Position numbers and translations under genes: made by a program. Under the pieces are notes generated by a model, which did no database searches, was not told the origin of the DNA, and was given only the letters and a program-made list of their open reading frames with translations. From an uncultured Verrucomicrobiae bacterium (GTDB taxonomy: Bacteria > Verrucomicrobiota > Verrucomicrobiia > Chthoniobacterales > UBA10450): DNA of 64,000 nt. Shown here in pieces: positions 29,668-39,377 of this stretch; positions within the stretch are counted from its first letter, which is position 1; each line of letters begins with the position of its first letter. The DNA lies in the NCBI GenBank assembly GCA_963726745.1, contig CAVSDR010000003.1:192001-256000 (forward strand). The letters run 5' to 3'.

Positions 29668-31308
29668 ATGGCCGCCGGCGCCCACACCTTTGCCTTGGGA
29701 GAAACGCTCCTGGAGCCGCAGGTGCTCCCGCCGCCGCCCACGCGGCACGCGCTCCTGGCTTTCCTGCTCGCGCTCGCTGCCATTCTTCATCTCGGCACCG
29801 CTGGCTGGAGCGAAATTCACAACGGCCCCGAGGGCTATTACGCAGGCGCGGCCCGGGAATTGATCGCGCACCCGGCGGAGGCCGGCAGACTCCCACATGA
29901 TCCCCCGCTCCTGCTTTGGCTGCTGCTGGGTTCGCTGAAAACCTTTGGGCTCTCGGCGATGGCTGCGCGGGTGCCGATCGCACTCGCGAGCATCAGCGCG
30001 GTCGCCTTCACTTTTCTTATCGGCGAACGGCTGGCGGATTACTGGCGCGGCTTTCTCGCCGGGCTGCTGCATCTTTGCTCGTTAGGCATGTTCGTCTGGG
30101 GGCGGCTGGTCGCGCCCGAGCCGCTCTTCGCCGCAATTCTCGGCGCGGCGCTCTTCTGCGCGGTCTGCGGCTACCAACGGCAACGCCGGCGGCAATGGTG
30201 GTTCACTGGAGTCTGGCTCTGCGCTGGTCTCGCCGGGCTGGCGAAAGGTCCGGCTGGGCCGCTCTACCTGGGCGCGATCCTGCTGCTGCTCGCGCTTCCT
30301 TTTCGCGAAGCGCGGTTGCGTTTTCGCCAAATCTTCCGCTGGCCCGGCCTGCTGCTTTTCGCCGCTCTGCTGGCGGCCTGGCCGCTGTGGCTACGCTGGA
30401 TGTCGGTCGAGACGCCGGGCGTCTGGTTCCTCCCCTTCGCGGTCAATTTCCGCGAGCCGCAGGCCTTGCGGCTGGCGCGCTTCCTCGCGACTCATCTCGT
30501 CTGGTGGTTTCCGGCGTGGACGCTCATCCTGCCGGGTCTGCTTTTCGCGTGGAGGAAAATTATCCGGCCACATGAGTTCGGCTTCGCCGAGGCGTTGCCG
30601 CTCGTCTGGATGGCAGTCGGCTTCGTCCCGTTCCTTTTTCTCCCGGCGCGCAACGAATACCATTCCGTCGCGATGTGGAGCGGGCTCGCGCTCTGGGCCG
30701 CGTGCGCCTGGGAGCGCATGCCGCCGCGGCTGCGGACCGCCGGCCTGGCGATGACCGCGGCCGGCGCGCTCTTCATGGTCGCGGCCACTTTTGGGAAATG
30801 GCTTCCGCGCTTGCTGCCGGCGCCCGCGTGGGAGCCAGCGCTTTGGGTGGTCGCGTCCATGGCGGCAATCCTGTGCGCAGCTGTGGCGGTGGCGGCGTTT
30901 TTCGTGCACCGGCAACGGGATACCCTCGCGCTCACGATCGTGCTCCTGGCGGTCGCGCCGGCGGGCTTGAGCATCGCCGAGGCGATGGTGCGCTTTGAGC
31001 CGGAGCTTTCCTTCGCGAGCGCGGTTCGCTTTCTCGAACCGCGCCTGGGCGAACGCGGCGAGGTGCTTTTCGAGGGCAACGCCCGTAGCGGCAGCAGCCT
31101 GCGTTTTTATCTCGATCGGCCATTCACCCTCGTGGCCCCGGCGACGACCGCGCAAGCCCTCGAGCGCATGCGCGCGCCGCATCCGGTTTACCTGATCGTG
31201 GAGAAATCGCGGCTGGTCCTGTGGCAGGCGCGTTTAACCAGCGAGTTCCACGTTTTCCACCAGGAACACACCTGCGGGCGGCACGTGATTCTGAGCAATC
31301 AGCCCTGA
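29668..31308 (+). CDS. ArnT/PMT-like membrane glycosyltransferase (GT-C)
   Basis: EGYYAGAARE, DPPLLLW, ARVP, LAKGP, many TM segments. Confidence 0.75.
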   Translation: MAAGAHTFALGETLLEPQVLPPPPTRHALLAFLLALAAILHLGTAGWSEIHNGPEGYYAGAARELIAHPAEAGRLPHDPPLLLWLLLGSLKTFGLSAMAARVPIALASISAVAFTFLIGERLADYWRGFLAGLLHLCSLGMFVWGRLVAPEPLFAAILGAALFCAVCGYQRQRRRQWWFTGVWLCAGLAGLAKGPAGPLYLGAILLLLALPFREARLRFRQIFRWPGLLLFAALLAAWPLWLRWMSVETPGVWFLPFAVNFREPQALRLARFLATHLVWWFPAWTLILPGLLFAWRKIIRPHEFGFAEALPLVWMAVGFVPFLFLPARNEYHSVAMWSGLALWAACAWERMPPRLRTAGLAMTAAGALFMVAATFGKWLPRLLPAPAWEPALWVVASMAAILCAAVAVAAFFVHRQRDTLALTIVLLAVAPAGLSIAEAMVRFEPELSFASAVRFLEPRLGERGEVLFEGNARSGSSLRFYLDRPFTLVAPATTAQALERMRAPHPVYLIVEKSRLVLWQARLTSEFHVFHQEHTCGRHVILSNQP

Positions 31309-31330
31309 GCCGTCGCCCTGCGATCTCTGG

Positions 31331-31358
31331 TTGAAAACCGGGGCTTGCCGGCTACTGT
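31331..31358 (+). promoter_or_regulatory. Sigma70-like promoter for the small basic protein gene
   Basis: TTGAAA, 16 nt spacer, TACTGT. Confidence 0.45.
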
Positions 31359-31390
31359 GCGGGCTCACTTTTCCTCAGGAACCGAATCTT

Positions 31391-31546
31391 ATGTCCCAGC
31401 ATCGCAGCCTCAAAGGCGCCAGCACCATCACCGCGAAACGCAACGTCCTGAAACGATTCGAGCGCGTCGACCTGCTCAAGAAGCGCGGGCAGTGGAAGAG
31501 CGAGCAGAAGGTCCTCGGCCTGCCGAAGACCAAGCCCGACGCCTAA
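31391..31546 (+). CDS. PVC-superphylum signature small basic protein (51 aa)
   Basis: MSQHRSLK...KRNVLKRFERVDLLKKRGQWK...VLGLPKTK matches the Planctomycetes/Verrucomicrobia/Chlamydiae small basic nucleic-acid-binding protein. Confidence 0.9.
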   Translation: MSQHRSLKGASTITAKRNVLKRFERVDLLKKRGQWKSEQKVLGLPKTKPDA

Positions 31547-31588
31547 GGTCGCTCGCCTCGACGCAGCGAGGCGGCTACAGTTCCCGGC

Positions 31589-32299
31589 GTGCGCCTCAAT
31601 AAATTTCTCGCCGCGGCCGGGGTCGGTTCGCGGCGTCATTGCGACGAGCTCATCGCCGCCGGCCGGGTCACGGTCAATGGCCGCGTCTGCGAGGATTTCA
31701 GCTACCAGCCGACGGCGACCGATCACGTCAAAGTAGGCAGCAAGATGGTGCACGCCGAGCGGCGGCTCGACATTATCCTGCACAAGCCCGCCGGCTTCGT
31801 TTCCACCCGGAGCGACCCGAATGCGCGCGATACGATTTTCGATCTCCTCCCGCCGAAAATGCCGCGCCTGTTCAACGTGGGCCGGCTCGACACCCAGAGC
31901 GAAGGCCTGCTCATCCTGACGAATGACGGCGAGCTCGCGCAACGCCTGACGCATCCGCGTTACAAGGTCGACAAGGAATACGAGGTCACGCTCGACAAAG
32001 CGTGGGACCCGACGCTGGCCGAAAAGCTCCTGCGCGGCGTCTTCCTCGATGGCCAGCGGGCCAAGCTCGAGCGGGTGATGTCGATCAATCCCGTGCAGGT
32101 GCGCGTGATCCTGCGCCAGGGAATTAACCGGCAAATTCGCCGGATGTTTTACGAGGTCGGCTATGAGGTGAAACGTCTCGTGCGCACGCGCATCGGCACT
32201 CTCCGGCTGGGCGATCTCCCGCGCGCGCACTGGCGGCCGCTGACCAAGAGCGAGCTCACCGCGCTCACGCCCAAGCCAGCCGGCGCCGGGAAAAAGTAG
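31589..32299 (+). CDS. rRNA pseudouridine synthase (RsuA/RluB family)
   Basis: S4 domain MRLNKFLA..G..SRR, HKPAG, VGRLD..SEGLLILTNDG. Confidence 0.93.
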   Translation: MRLNKFLAAAGVGSRRHCDELIAAGRVTVNGRVCEDFSYQPTATDHVKVGSKMVHAERRLDIILHKPAGFVSTRSDPNARDTIFDLLPPKMPRLFNVGRLDTQSEGLLILTNDGELAQRLTHPRYKVDKEYEVTLDKAWDPTLAEKLLRGVFLDGQRAKLERVMSINPVQVRVILRQGINRQIRRMFYEVGYEVKRLVRTRIGTLRLGDLPRAHWRPLTKSELTALTPKPAGAGKK

Positions 32300-32305
32300 C
32301 GCGCA

Positions 32306-34849
32306 CTATTCCGCTTCCTCGCGCAGGATTTGCAACGGCGGTGTGCTTCCAATCCCGCGACTGGTCAGGAGACCCAGCGCCACGGTCAAGGTCGTGACTG
32401 CGATCGCCGCGACGCCCACGGGAACGAACGCGACGCTGTATTCCAGCTCAAAGACAAACCGCGCCAGGGCCCAGCTCGAGAGCAGGGCGAGCACGATCCC
32501 GGTGCCGCTCGCGAGCAGGCCAAGGAGAAGATATTCCGCGCACAGAATTTTCCAGATCGTCGCGCGGGTTGCGCCAAGCGTGCGCAGGAGGACGCTCTCC
32601 TTCAGCCGTTGGTAGCGCCCGCTCCAGATAGTGCTCGCGAGGACCACGACGCCGGCGCCCACGGTAAACAGCGACATCACCCGGATGACCAGCGCGACCT
32701 TGGAAAGGATCGAGTCGACCGTCTGGATGACCGCGGTCAGGTCGAGCGCGGAAACGTTGCTGAACTGCGCCACGACCGCGCTCTGGAGGCGCGCGGAAGC
32801 AGCTGCATCCGGCACACGGCTGACGATCACGTTGAACGTCGGCGCGGCTTCAAGCACGCCTGCGGGGAAGACGACGAAGAAGTTCGTTTGGAAGCGTTTC
32901 CAATCGATCTCGCGCAGGCTGGCGATGCGCGTGCGGATCGGGATGCCCTGCACATCGAAGACCAATTCGTCGCCTATGCCCGCGCGGAAGTCTTTTGCGA
33001 TCTCGCGGTCGAGCGAGATCGGGACGATGTCGCCCGGTTGGTAGTTCTCGACGCGCCCGATCCAGCTCCCAGCGACGACTTTCTCGGTCTCGGCTAATTC
33101 CGCGCGATAGGTCGAGCGATACTCGCGCTGCAGTTCCCACTCGGGAATCTTGCGCTCGGGATCGGCCAGGATCTCGCTGACTGCGCGGCCTTTAATCTCA
33201 GTGAGCCGCATGGTCACGATCGCGGCTTCCTCGATGACCGGGAAACCGGAGGAGCGCACGAGCTCCGCCACGGCCGCAGTTTGATCCGGCTGGATGTCGA
33301 AGAGGAAAATATTCGGCTGGTTCTGCGCATCGAGCGCGCGGAACTGCGAGAGCAGCACCCCGCGCGTGAGGTAAAGATTGAGCAGCAGAAAAGTGCCGAG
33401 GCCTAACGAGACTGTGAGCAGAAGGGTGCGATTGTTCGGCCGGTAGAGATTGGCCAGTCCCTGACGCGCGGCGAAGCTCCAGCGTTGCGGAAAAAATCTC
33501 CGCACCAGCCACATGAGCAGCCGCGCCATTCCAGCGAAGATCGCGATCGCCAGCCCGAGCGCGCCGGCAAAGATCACGCCGGCGAGCCAGCGATCGGATT
33601 GCGCTATGGCAAAGGCGATCACGCTGCCGGCGATGAGCAGGTAAACCAGCGCCACCGCCCAATCGACGGGACGCTTCCGCGTTTCCTCCGTCGCGCCCGC
33701 GCGCAAGATGAGCAATGGCGAAAGCCGGCGAAAACGCAGCAGCGCCGGGAGCGCAAAGAGAATGCAGATGGCAAAGCCAAGCAGCATCCCGCGCAGCACC
33801 GGCCCCCACGCGAGCGTGCTCTCGATCGGGAACGGCAGAAAGCTTTGCAGGATGGCCGGGAAGACGCGCTGGAGCGCAACGCCCAGGACCGCGCCCGCGG
33901 TCGCGCCAAACAATCCCATGGCCGCGGCTTGCAGGAGATAAATCACCACCGTCCCCCGGCCGGACGCGCCGAGACAGCGAAGGATTGCGCCGGTCTGGTG
34001 CTTCTGCTGGAGGTGCGCCTGGATCGCGCTGGCCACGCCAACCGCTCCCAGCAAGAGCGCGATGAAGCCGACGAGATTGAGGAAGCGGTAGAGATTTGCC
34101 AGCGCTTTCCCGAGATCTTTTTTGCGCTTCTCGACCGTGTCGTATTCCAGGCCGAAACGTTTCAGCTCCGGCTCCAGTGTGGCGATGCGCGCCGCCACGT
34201 CGGTGCCGCGCGGGAACTGCACATAATTCCGGTAGTGCACCACGCTTCCGGGCTTCACCAGATTAGTCTCCGCGAGATGCTGCAACGGGAGGTAAACCCG
34301 CGGCGCGAAGGAGCCGGCCGCGGAGGCTTCGCCCGGCATTTTCTTGAGCGCGCCAGCGACGGTGAATTCGGCGTCGCCGATCCTGATTTTGTCGCCTGTT
34401 TTCGCGCCGAACTGGAGCAGGAGACTTTCTTCGACGACCGCGCCGCGGGTTTCACGGTAGGTTTGGGCCGCATCCGCAGGGACGGTTTCCATTTTGCCAT
34501 AGAAGGGAAAATCCCCGCCAAGCGCGCGCAGGGTCACCAGCCGCGTGCCGCCGGTCGCGGGAAAAACGGCCATCGTGCGAAAGCGCGCCTCACGCGCCTG
34601 CGCCGGGCCTAACGAGCGGAGAAATTGTTCTTCCTCCGCGGTGAAAACGCGCGCGCTTTCCACGATCAAATCCGCGCCGATGAGGGTGCGCGCCTGGTCG
34701 TCGATCGCGCGCCCGAGGCTTTGCCGGAAGGAGCCGATGCCGACGAGCGCGGCGATGCCGAGCGTAATCGAGATCGAAAAAACCAGCAGCCGCCGCCGGC
34801 TCGAGCGGCTGTCCCGCCAGGCCATTTTCCCGAGAAACGACCAGTGCAT
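32306..34849 (-). CDS. ybbP: ABC transporter permease, YbbP-like (duplicated FtsX/MacB)
   Basis: AWRDSR N-terminus, two FtsX-like repeats (ILRCLGA, LLRTLGA), FLFDIQPDQ. Confidence 0.85.
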   Translation of the reverse strand: MHWSFLGKMAWRDSRSSRRRLLVFSISITLGIAALVGIGSFRQSLGRAIDDQARTLIGADLIVESARVFTAEEEQFLRSLGPAQAREARFRTMAVFPATGGTRLVTLRALGGDFPFYGKMETVPADAAQTYRETRGAVVEESLLLQFGAKTGDKIRIGDAEFTVAGALKKMPGEASAAGSFAPRVYLPLQHLAETNLVKPGSVVHYRNYVQFPRGTDVAARIATLEPELKRFGLEYDTVEKRKKDLGKALANLYRFLNLVGFIALLLGAVGVASAIQAHLQQKHQTGAILRCLGASGRGTVVIYLLQAAAMGLFGATAGAVLGVALQRVFPAILQSFLPFPIESTLAWGPVLRGMLLGFAICILFALPALLRFRRLSPLLILRAGATEETRKRPVDWAVALVYLLIAGSVIAFAIAQSDRWLAGVIFAGALGLAIAIFAGMARLLMWLVRRFFPQRWSFAARQGLANLYRPNNRTLLLTVSLGLGTFLLLNLYLTRGVLLSQFRALDAQNQPNIFLFDIQPDQTAAVAELVRSSGFPVIEEAAIVTMRLTEIKGRAVSEILADPERKIPEWELQREYRSTYRAELAETEKVVAGSWIGRVENYQPGDIVPISLDREIAKDFRAGIGDELVFDVQGIPIRTRIASLREIDWKRFQTNFFVVFPAGVLEAAPTFNVIVSRVPDAAASARLQSAVVAQFSNVSALDLTAVIQTVDSILSKVALVIRVMSLFTVGAGVVVLASTIWSGRYQRLKESVLLRTLGATRATIWKILCAEYLLLGLLASGTGIVLALLSSWALARFVFELEYSVAFVPVGVAAIAVTTLTVALGLLTSRGIGSTPPLQILREEAE

Positions 34850-35522
34850 CAGACGGCCTCGCCGTTGCGCAGGCGGATGGTGCGCTCGGTGAGTTTGGCC
34901 ACTTCCGGGTCGTGGGTCACGAGGACGAGCGCGGTCCCAGCGTCGCGGTTGAGCTCGAACATGATCTCGATGATCCCACGGCTGGTTTCGGCATCGAGAT
35001 TGCCGGTCGGTTCATCGGCGAAAAGAATCTTTGGGCGATTGATGAACGCCCGCGCCAGGGCCACGCGCTGCTGTTCGCCTCCGGAAAGCTGGGCCGGGAA
35101 GTGATCCACCCGTGCGCCCAGCCCCACCCGGCCTAACAAGTCCTGGGCGAGCGCGCGCGCGCGCTGCGGTCGCCCCGCAGCTCCAGCGGCACGGTCACAT
35201 TTTCCAGCGCGGTGAGCGTGGGGATGAGCTGGAAGTTTTGGAAAACGAAACCGACATGCTGGTTGCGCACGCGGGCGCGCGCGTCCTCGTCCAGTTCGCC
35301 TAACGACTCGCCGTGGAGCCGGATGGAACCCGAGCTCGGGCGGTCAAGCCCGGCGCAGAGACCGAGAAGCGTGCTCTTGCCGCTGCCGGACGGGCCGAGG
35401 ATCGAGCAGGTCGAGCCCTGCGGGAGGCTGAAGGAAATTTCCTTGAGCACGGTGAGCGCGCCCGCGCCGGTTTGGTAGGTCTTGCGCAGGCGCTGGGCTT
35501 CGAGAATCGGGTGGGCGGTCAT
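34849..35522 (-). CDS. ybbA: ABC ATP-binding protein YbbA-like; frameshift in a (GC)7 run at 35151-35164
   Basis: GPSGSGKS and GFVFQNFQL in one frame; LSGGEQQRV, FADEPTGNLD and LVTHD in another. Confidence 0.85.
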
Positions 35523-35571
35523 TGACGGTGCGGACGGGTGCGATTTGCTTACGCGAATCTATTCGCTGCGC

Positions 35572-36207
35572 ATGGGAAAATTGTTGCTCCGCATTTCCGG
35601 CTACCTCTTTACGCTCGCGCTCTGCGCCGGGCCGCTGGAGGCGCGCGTGGCCAGGAGCGTGGTCTTTTTAGGCGACAGTTTGAGCGCCGGGTTCGGGGTC
35701 AAGCCAACGGAAGCTTTCCCGGCATTAATCGAGGAAAAAATCCGCAGCGCCGGCCTGCCTTACGAAGTGGAAAACGCCGGCTTAAGCGGCGACACCAGCG
35801 CCGGCGGCCTCCGCCGAATCGATTGGCTGCTGCAGCGCCCGATCGATGTTCTGGTGATTGAGCTGGGCGGAAACGACGGCTTGCGCGGCCTGCCGGTGGC
35901 CGCGCTCAAGACCAACTTGCAGGCAATCATCGACAAGGCGCGCGCGAAAAATCCCCAGGTGAAAATCGTCCTCGCCGGGATGCAAATTCCGCCAAACCTC
36001 GGGCCGGACTACGCGCGCACTTTCCAAGCGACCTACCGCGAGGTCGCCGAGAAAAATAACGCCACGCTGATCCCCTTTCTGCTCGAAGGTGTGGGCGGCA
36101 TCCGCGAGCTCAACCAGCCGGACATGATCCACCCGACCGCGAAGGGCCACGCGCTCGTGGCCGAGGTCGTCTGGCGGGTGCTCGAGCCGGTGCTGCGCGC
36201 GGACTAA
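35572..36207 (+). CDS. tesA: SGNH arylesterase / acyl-CoA thioesterase I
   Basis: FLGDSLSAG, NAGLSGDTS, ELGGNDGLRG, DMIHP; divergent from ybbA as in the tesA-ybbAP arrangement. Confidence 0.9.
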   Translation: MGKLLLRISGYLFTLALCAGPLEARVARSVVFLGDSLSAGFGVKPTEAFPALIEEKIRSAGLPYEVENAGLSGDTSAGGLRRIDWLLQRPIDVLVIELGGNDGLRGLPVAALKTNLQAIIDKARAKNPQVKIVLAGMQIPPNLGPDYARTFQATYREVAEKNNATLIPFLLEGVGGIRELNQPDMIHPTAKGHALVAEVVWRVLEPVLRAD

Positions 36208-36210
36208 CGA

Positions 36211-37012
36211 ATGAAGCTTCAAGATTGCACTGCGCTGATCACCGGCGCCTCCTCCGGGATCGGGCGCGAGTGCGCCCGGCAGCTGGCCGACCGTGCGCGC
36301 GTGCTTGTGCTGGTCGCGCGCCGGGGCGATCGCCTGGAGGAACTGGCGCAGGAACTCAGTGCCCGTCGTCCGGCGCTGGCAATTCACCTGCAGGTCGCCG
36401 ATTTGACCAAGCCGGACGCGGTCGCGGAACTCTGTCACTCGTTAGACCAATCCGGAATCGCGATCGATCTGCTGGTTAATAACGCCGGCGTGGGTGACCA
36501 GGGGAACGTCGCCGGCATCGAGGAAGCGAGATTAGCCGACATCATCCGCCTGAACGTCCTCGCCCTGACCGCGCTCACGCGGCGCTTGCTGCCAGGGATG
36601 CTCGCGCGGCGCCGCGGCGGGATCTTGAACGTGAGTTCGAGCGCCTCTTTCATGCCGATTCCCGGGATGGGGATTTACTCCGCGAGCAAGGCTTACGTGA
36701 CCAGTTTCTCCGAGGCGCTGCGCGCGGAAGTGCGCGGGCAAGGCGTGAGCGTGAGCGCGCTCTGCCCCGGGCCGGTGCACACGGAATTCAGCGAGGTGGC
36801 GCATCGGCCGGGGGAAAGCGGGAAGCTCGGGCCAGACTTCGCCTACGTCTCGGTCGAGGAGGTGGCGCGGGCGGGCCTGCGCGGGATCGAGCACAACCGC
36901 GCGCTGGTCGTCCCCGGGATGGCGATGAAACTGGCGATGCTGCTGGTGCGCCTGACGCCAATGCCGTTGATGCGGCTGGCGTTTTCCCTTTCCCCGGCCA
37001 GCGAAAAAATAG
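36211..37012 (+). CDS. Short-chain dehydrogenase/reductase (reads through in frame into the desaturase in this sequence)
   Basis: TGASSGIG, NNAG, YSASK, LCPGPV; an out-of-frame TAG at 37010-37012 follows an A6 run. Confidence 0.85.
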
Positions 37013-37020
37013 CCGACGAG

Positions 37021-38010
37021 ATGCAGGAAAATTTCTTCCAGACCGAGCTCGATCAGCCACACCCGGAGCGGACGCGCGCAATCTTACAGGCGCATCCGCA
37101 GGTGCGGGAACTGATCGGCCGGAATCCATGGACCGCGGTGATCATGCTCGCGGTGCTCTCGGCGCAGACCGCGCTGGCTTACTCGTTAGGCAAACTCGGC
37201 GGCGGCTATTGGTGGCTCAGCCTGCTGGTCGCGCTCGGCTTCGGCGCGTTCATGAATCACTGCATGTATGTGATCATCCACGACGCCACGCATAATCTGA
37301 TCCTGAAGCGCAAGACGGCGAACAAGTGGATCGCCGTCCTGGCCGATTTGCCGAATCTCGTGCCCGGCGCGATTGGCTTCGGCGTTTACCATCTGCAACA
37401 TCACGCGCACCAGGGCGACTACGATTACGACGCGGACATCGCCAGCCGCTGGGAGGCGCGCCTGATCGGCGACAAGTGGTATCGCAAGGCGCTTTGGCTG
37501 CTCTTCTTTCCCTTCTTCCAGCTGACCCGGCCGCCGCGCTTGAAAGCGATCACGATGTGGAGCCGATGGAGCTTCGTGAATCTAGCCAGCGCGATCACCT
37601 ACGACGCGTTGATCGTTTATTTTTGCGGCTGGGCCGGCTTGCTCTATCTGGTCTTCTCGTTCGCATTTTCCATCGGCCTGCACCCGGTGGGCGCGCGCTG
37701 GATCCAGGAGCATTACACCTACGACGCCGACCAGGAGACGGCGAGCTACTACGGCCCGATCAATTTCCTCGCGCTCAACGTCGGCTACCACAACGAGCAC
37801 CACGACTTCCCCTCGATCGCTTGGAATCGCCTCCCGCGGCTGCGCGCGCTGGCGCCGGAATTTTACGACACTTTGCGTTACCACACTTCGTGGACGCGGC
37901 TGCTGATCGAGTTCATTTTCGATCCGCGCTACACGCTCTTCTCGCGAGTGGAACGGATCGAAGCAGGCAAAGTGGCGCACGACCGCGCGCGGCGCGAAGC
38001 GGTCGCCTAA
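37021..38010 (+). CDS. Membrane fatty acid desaturase, sphingolipid Delta4-desaturase/C4-hydroxylase (DEGS/DES1)-like
   Basis: His boxes HDATH, HLQHH, HNEHH; N-terminal PHPERTRAILQAHPQV; SYYGPINFLALNVGYHNEHHDFP. Confidence 0.85.
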   Translation: MQENFFQTELDQPHPERTRAILQAHPQVRELIGRNPWTAVIMLAVLSAQTALAYSLGKLGGGYWWLSLLVALGFGAFMNHCMYVIIHDATHNLILKRKTANKWIAVLADLPNLVPGAIGFGVYHLQHHAHQGDYDYDADIASRWEARLIGDKWYRKALWLLFFPFFQLTRPPRLKAITMWSRWSFVNLASAITYDALIVYFCGWAGLLYLVFSFAFSIGLHPVGARWIQEHYTYDADQETASYYGPINFLALNVGYHNEHHDFPSIAWNRLPRLRALAPEFYDTLRYHTSWTRLLIEFIFDPRYTLFSRVERIEAGKVAHDRARREAVA

Positions 38011-38032
38011 AGCGAATCGCGTCGGCTGGGCG

Positions 38033-38611
38033 CTAGACCGCCGCGCGACGACGAGCCACGCCCCAGATCAAGCCGAGACCGCCCATGGCGAGTAACGCCA
38101 GCGACCCCGGCTCCGGCACCGAGGTACCATTAAGCGACACGCGGTTGCCGTTGTCGTCGACCAAGAAAGTGGTGAAGGTGCCGCTGGCTGGCGGGGGCTG
38201 CGCGAAGCTGCTGTCGGTCGTAAGCGAGCCAGCGGTGACGACGACGGTATCGCCCGACGTGACGCCGGGTCGGTTCCCGTAGAAGTAGAGATCATTCGCG
38301 GTAAGCGCGCCGCCCACGAAGCCGGAATTGGCGACCGTCAGGGTCGTGGCGGGACCACCGTTCACCGAGAAGGTGATCGTGCCGGAAACGGCCGGATAGC
38401 TGTTCCCGAAAATGTTGCCCACGTTCGCGAAAACCGGGAGGGGCGCGAGCGGCGTAGTCGCGGTAACCGTGTAGGTGACGGCCTGCGCCAGCGTAAAGGT
38501 AAACGGCGAGCCGTTGCCGCCGGTGATCGTGAGGTTAGCCTGACCGTGGGCCGAGCCCACGAGAAACGCGGAGACGGCTAGGAGACAGAGGAAAGGGCGG
38601 AGGAAAGTCAT
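38033..38611 (-). CDS. PEP-CTERM sorting domain protein
   Basis: Signal peptide, Thr/Gly-rich body, VPEPGSLALLAMGGLGLIWGVARRR C-terminus. Confidence 0.9.
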   Translation of the reverse strand: MTFLRPFLCLLAVSAFLVGSAHGQANLTITGGNGSPFTFTLAQAVTYTVTATTPLAPLPVFANVGNIFGNSYPAVSGTITFSVNGGPATTLTVANSGFVGGALTANDLYFYGNRPGVTSGDTVVVTAGSLTTDSSFAQPPPASGTFTTFLVDDNGNRVSLNGTSVPEPGSLALLAMGGLGLIWGVARRRAAV

Positions 38612-38668
38612 CAGTTCAGTCGGTTGAGTGGTCGTGGTGTCCCGGAAAGGGTCTGCACGGTAAACGGA

Positions 38669-38684
38669 AGCGGTAATCATGCCA
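38669..38684 (-). promoter_or_regulatory. Possible sigma-54 promoter for the PEP-CTERM gene
   Basis: Minus strand TGGCATGATTACCGCT gives GG-N10-GC spacing; the -12 element is imperfect. Confidence 0.35.
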
Positions 38685-38697
38685 CCGGAAACGGCGG

Positions 38698-38734
38698 AAA
38701 AAAACGGAGGGACACGCGGTCGCATCCCTCCGTT
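38698..38734 (-). terminator. Intrinsic terminator after the redoxin gene
   Basis: Minus strand ACGGAGGGATGCG-ACCG-CGTGTCCCTCCGT followed by a T run. Confidence 0.8.
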
Positions 38735-38765
38735 GAGTTTCGCGAAATCCGGAACGTCTACGCGC

Positions 38766-39371
38766 TCAATACTTCACCGAACAGCCGTATGGCTTGGTGT
38801 TGGGATTGGAGACTGGCTTACCGGCGAGCGACTCTTCCAGGGCGACCTTCACGTAATTGGTCGCGCCGTCGATATCGGCCGGATTAGCGCTCGGTTTGCT
38901 GTCGATCGCGCCCTCGTAGATCACTTTGCCCTCGGGATTGATGATGAACATGTGCGGCGTGTTCTTGGCGCCGTAGACCTGGCCGGTCTTGCCGTCCGGA
39001 TCGAGCAGGATGCTGGTGTTTTTCATCTTCCACTCTTCCTTTTGCTTGGCCGCCTGCTCGGGCGTGAGGTGGCCTTGCTTCCCGGGCGCGGAGGAATCGA
39101 CCGAATACCAGACGACGTTTTTGCCGGCAAATTGATCCTGCAATTTCTGCATGTTGCCGCTGCCGTAATGCTTCTTCACAAACGGGCACTCGGGGTTGAA
39201 CCATTCGAGCACGACGTATTTGCCCTTGCTCTCGGCTAACGAGTGCTGCTTCCCGGTGCTGTCGGCTAACGAGAAGTCGGGCGCGGCGCTGCCCACCTTG
39301 GGCGACTCGGCCGCGATCATGCTGCCGGCGGTGAGGCTCGCGAGGAGCGTGAGGAGGATTTTGTTCTTCAT
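38766..39371 (-). CDS. Exported AhpC/TSA-type redoxin
   Basis: APDFSL, VLEWFNPECPFVKKHY, TPHMF, YEGAID, PYGCSVKY. Confidence 0.88.
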   Translation of the reverse strand: MKNKILLTLLASLTAGSMIAAESPKVGSAAPDFSLADSTGKQHSLAESKGKYVVLEWFNPECPFVKKHYGSGNMQKLQDQFAGKNVVWYSVDSSAPGKQGHLTPEQAAKQKEEWKMKNTSILLDPDGKTGQVYGAKNTPHMFIINPEGKVIYEGAIDSKPSANPADIDGATNYVKVALEESLAGKPVSNPNTKPYGCSVKY

Positions 39372-39377
39372 AACGAT

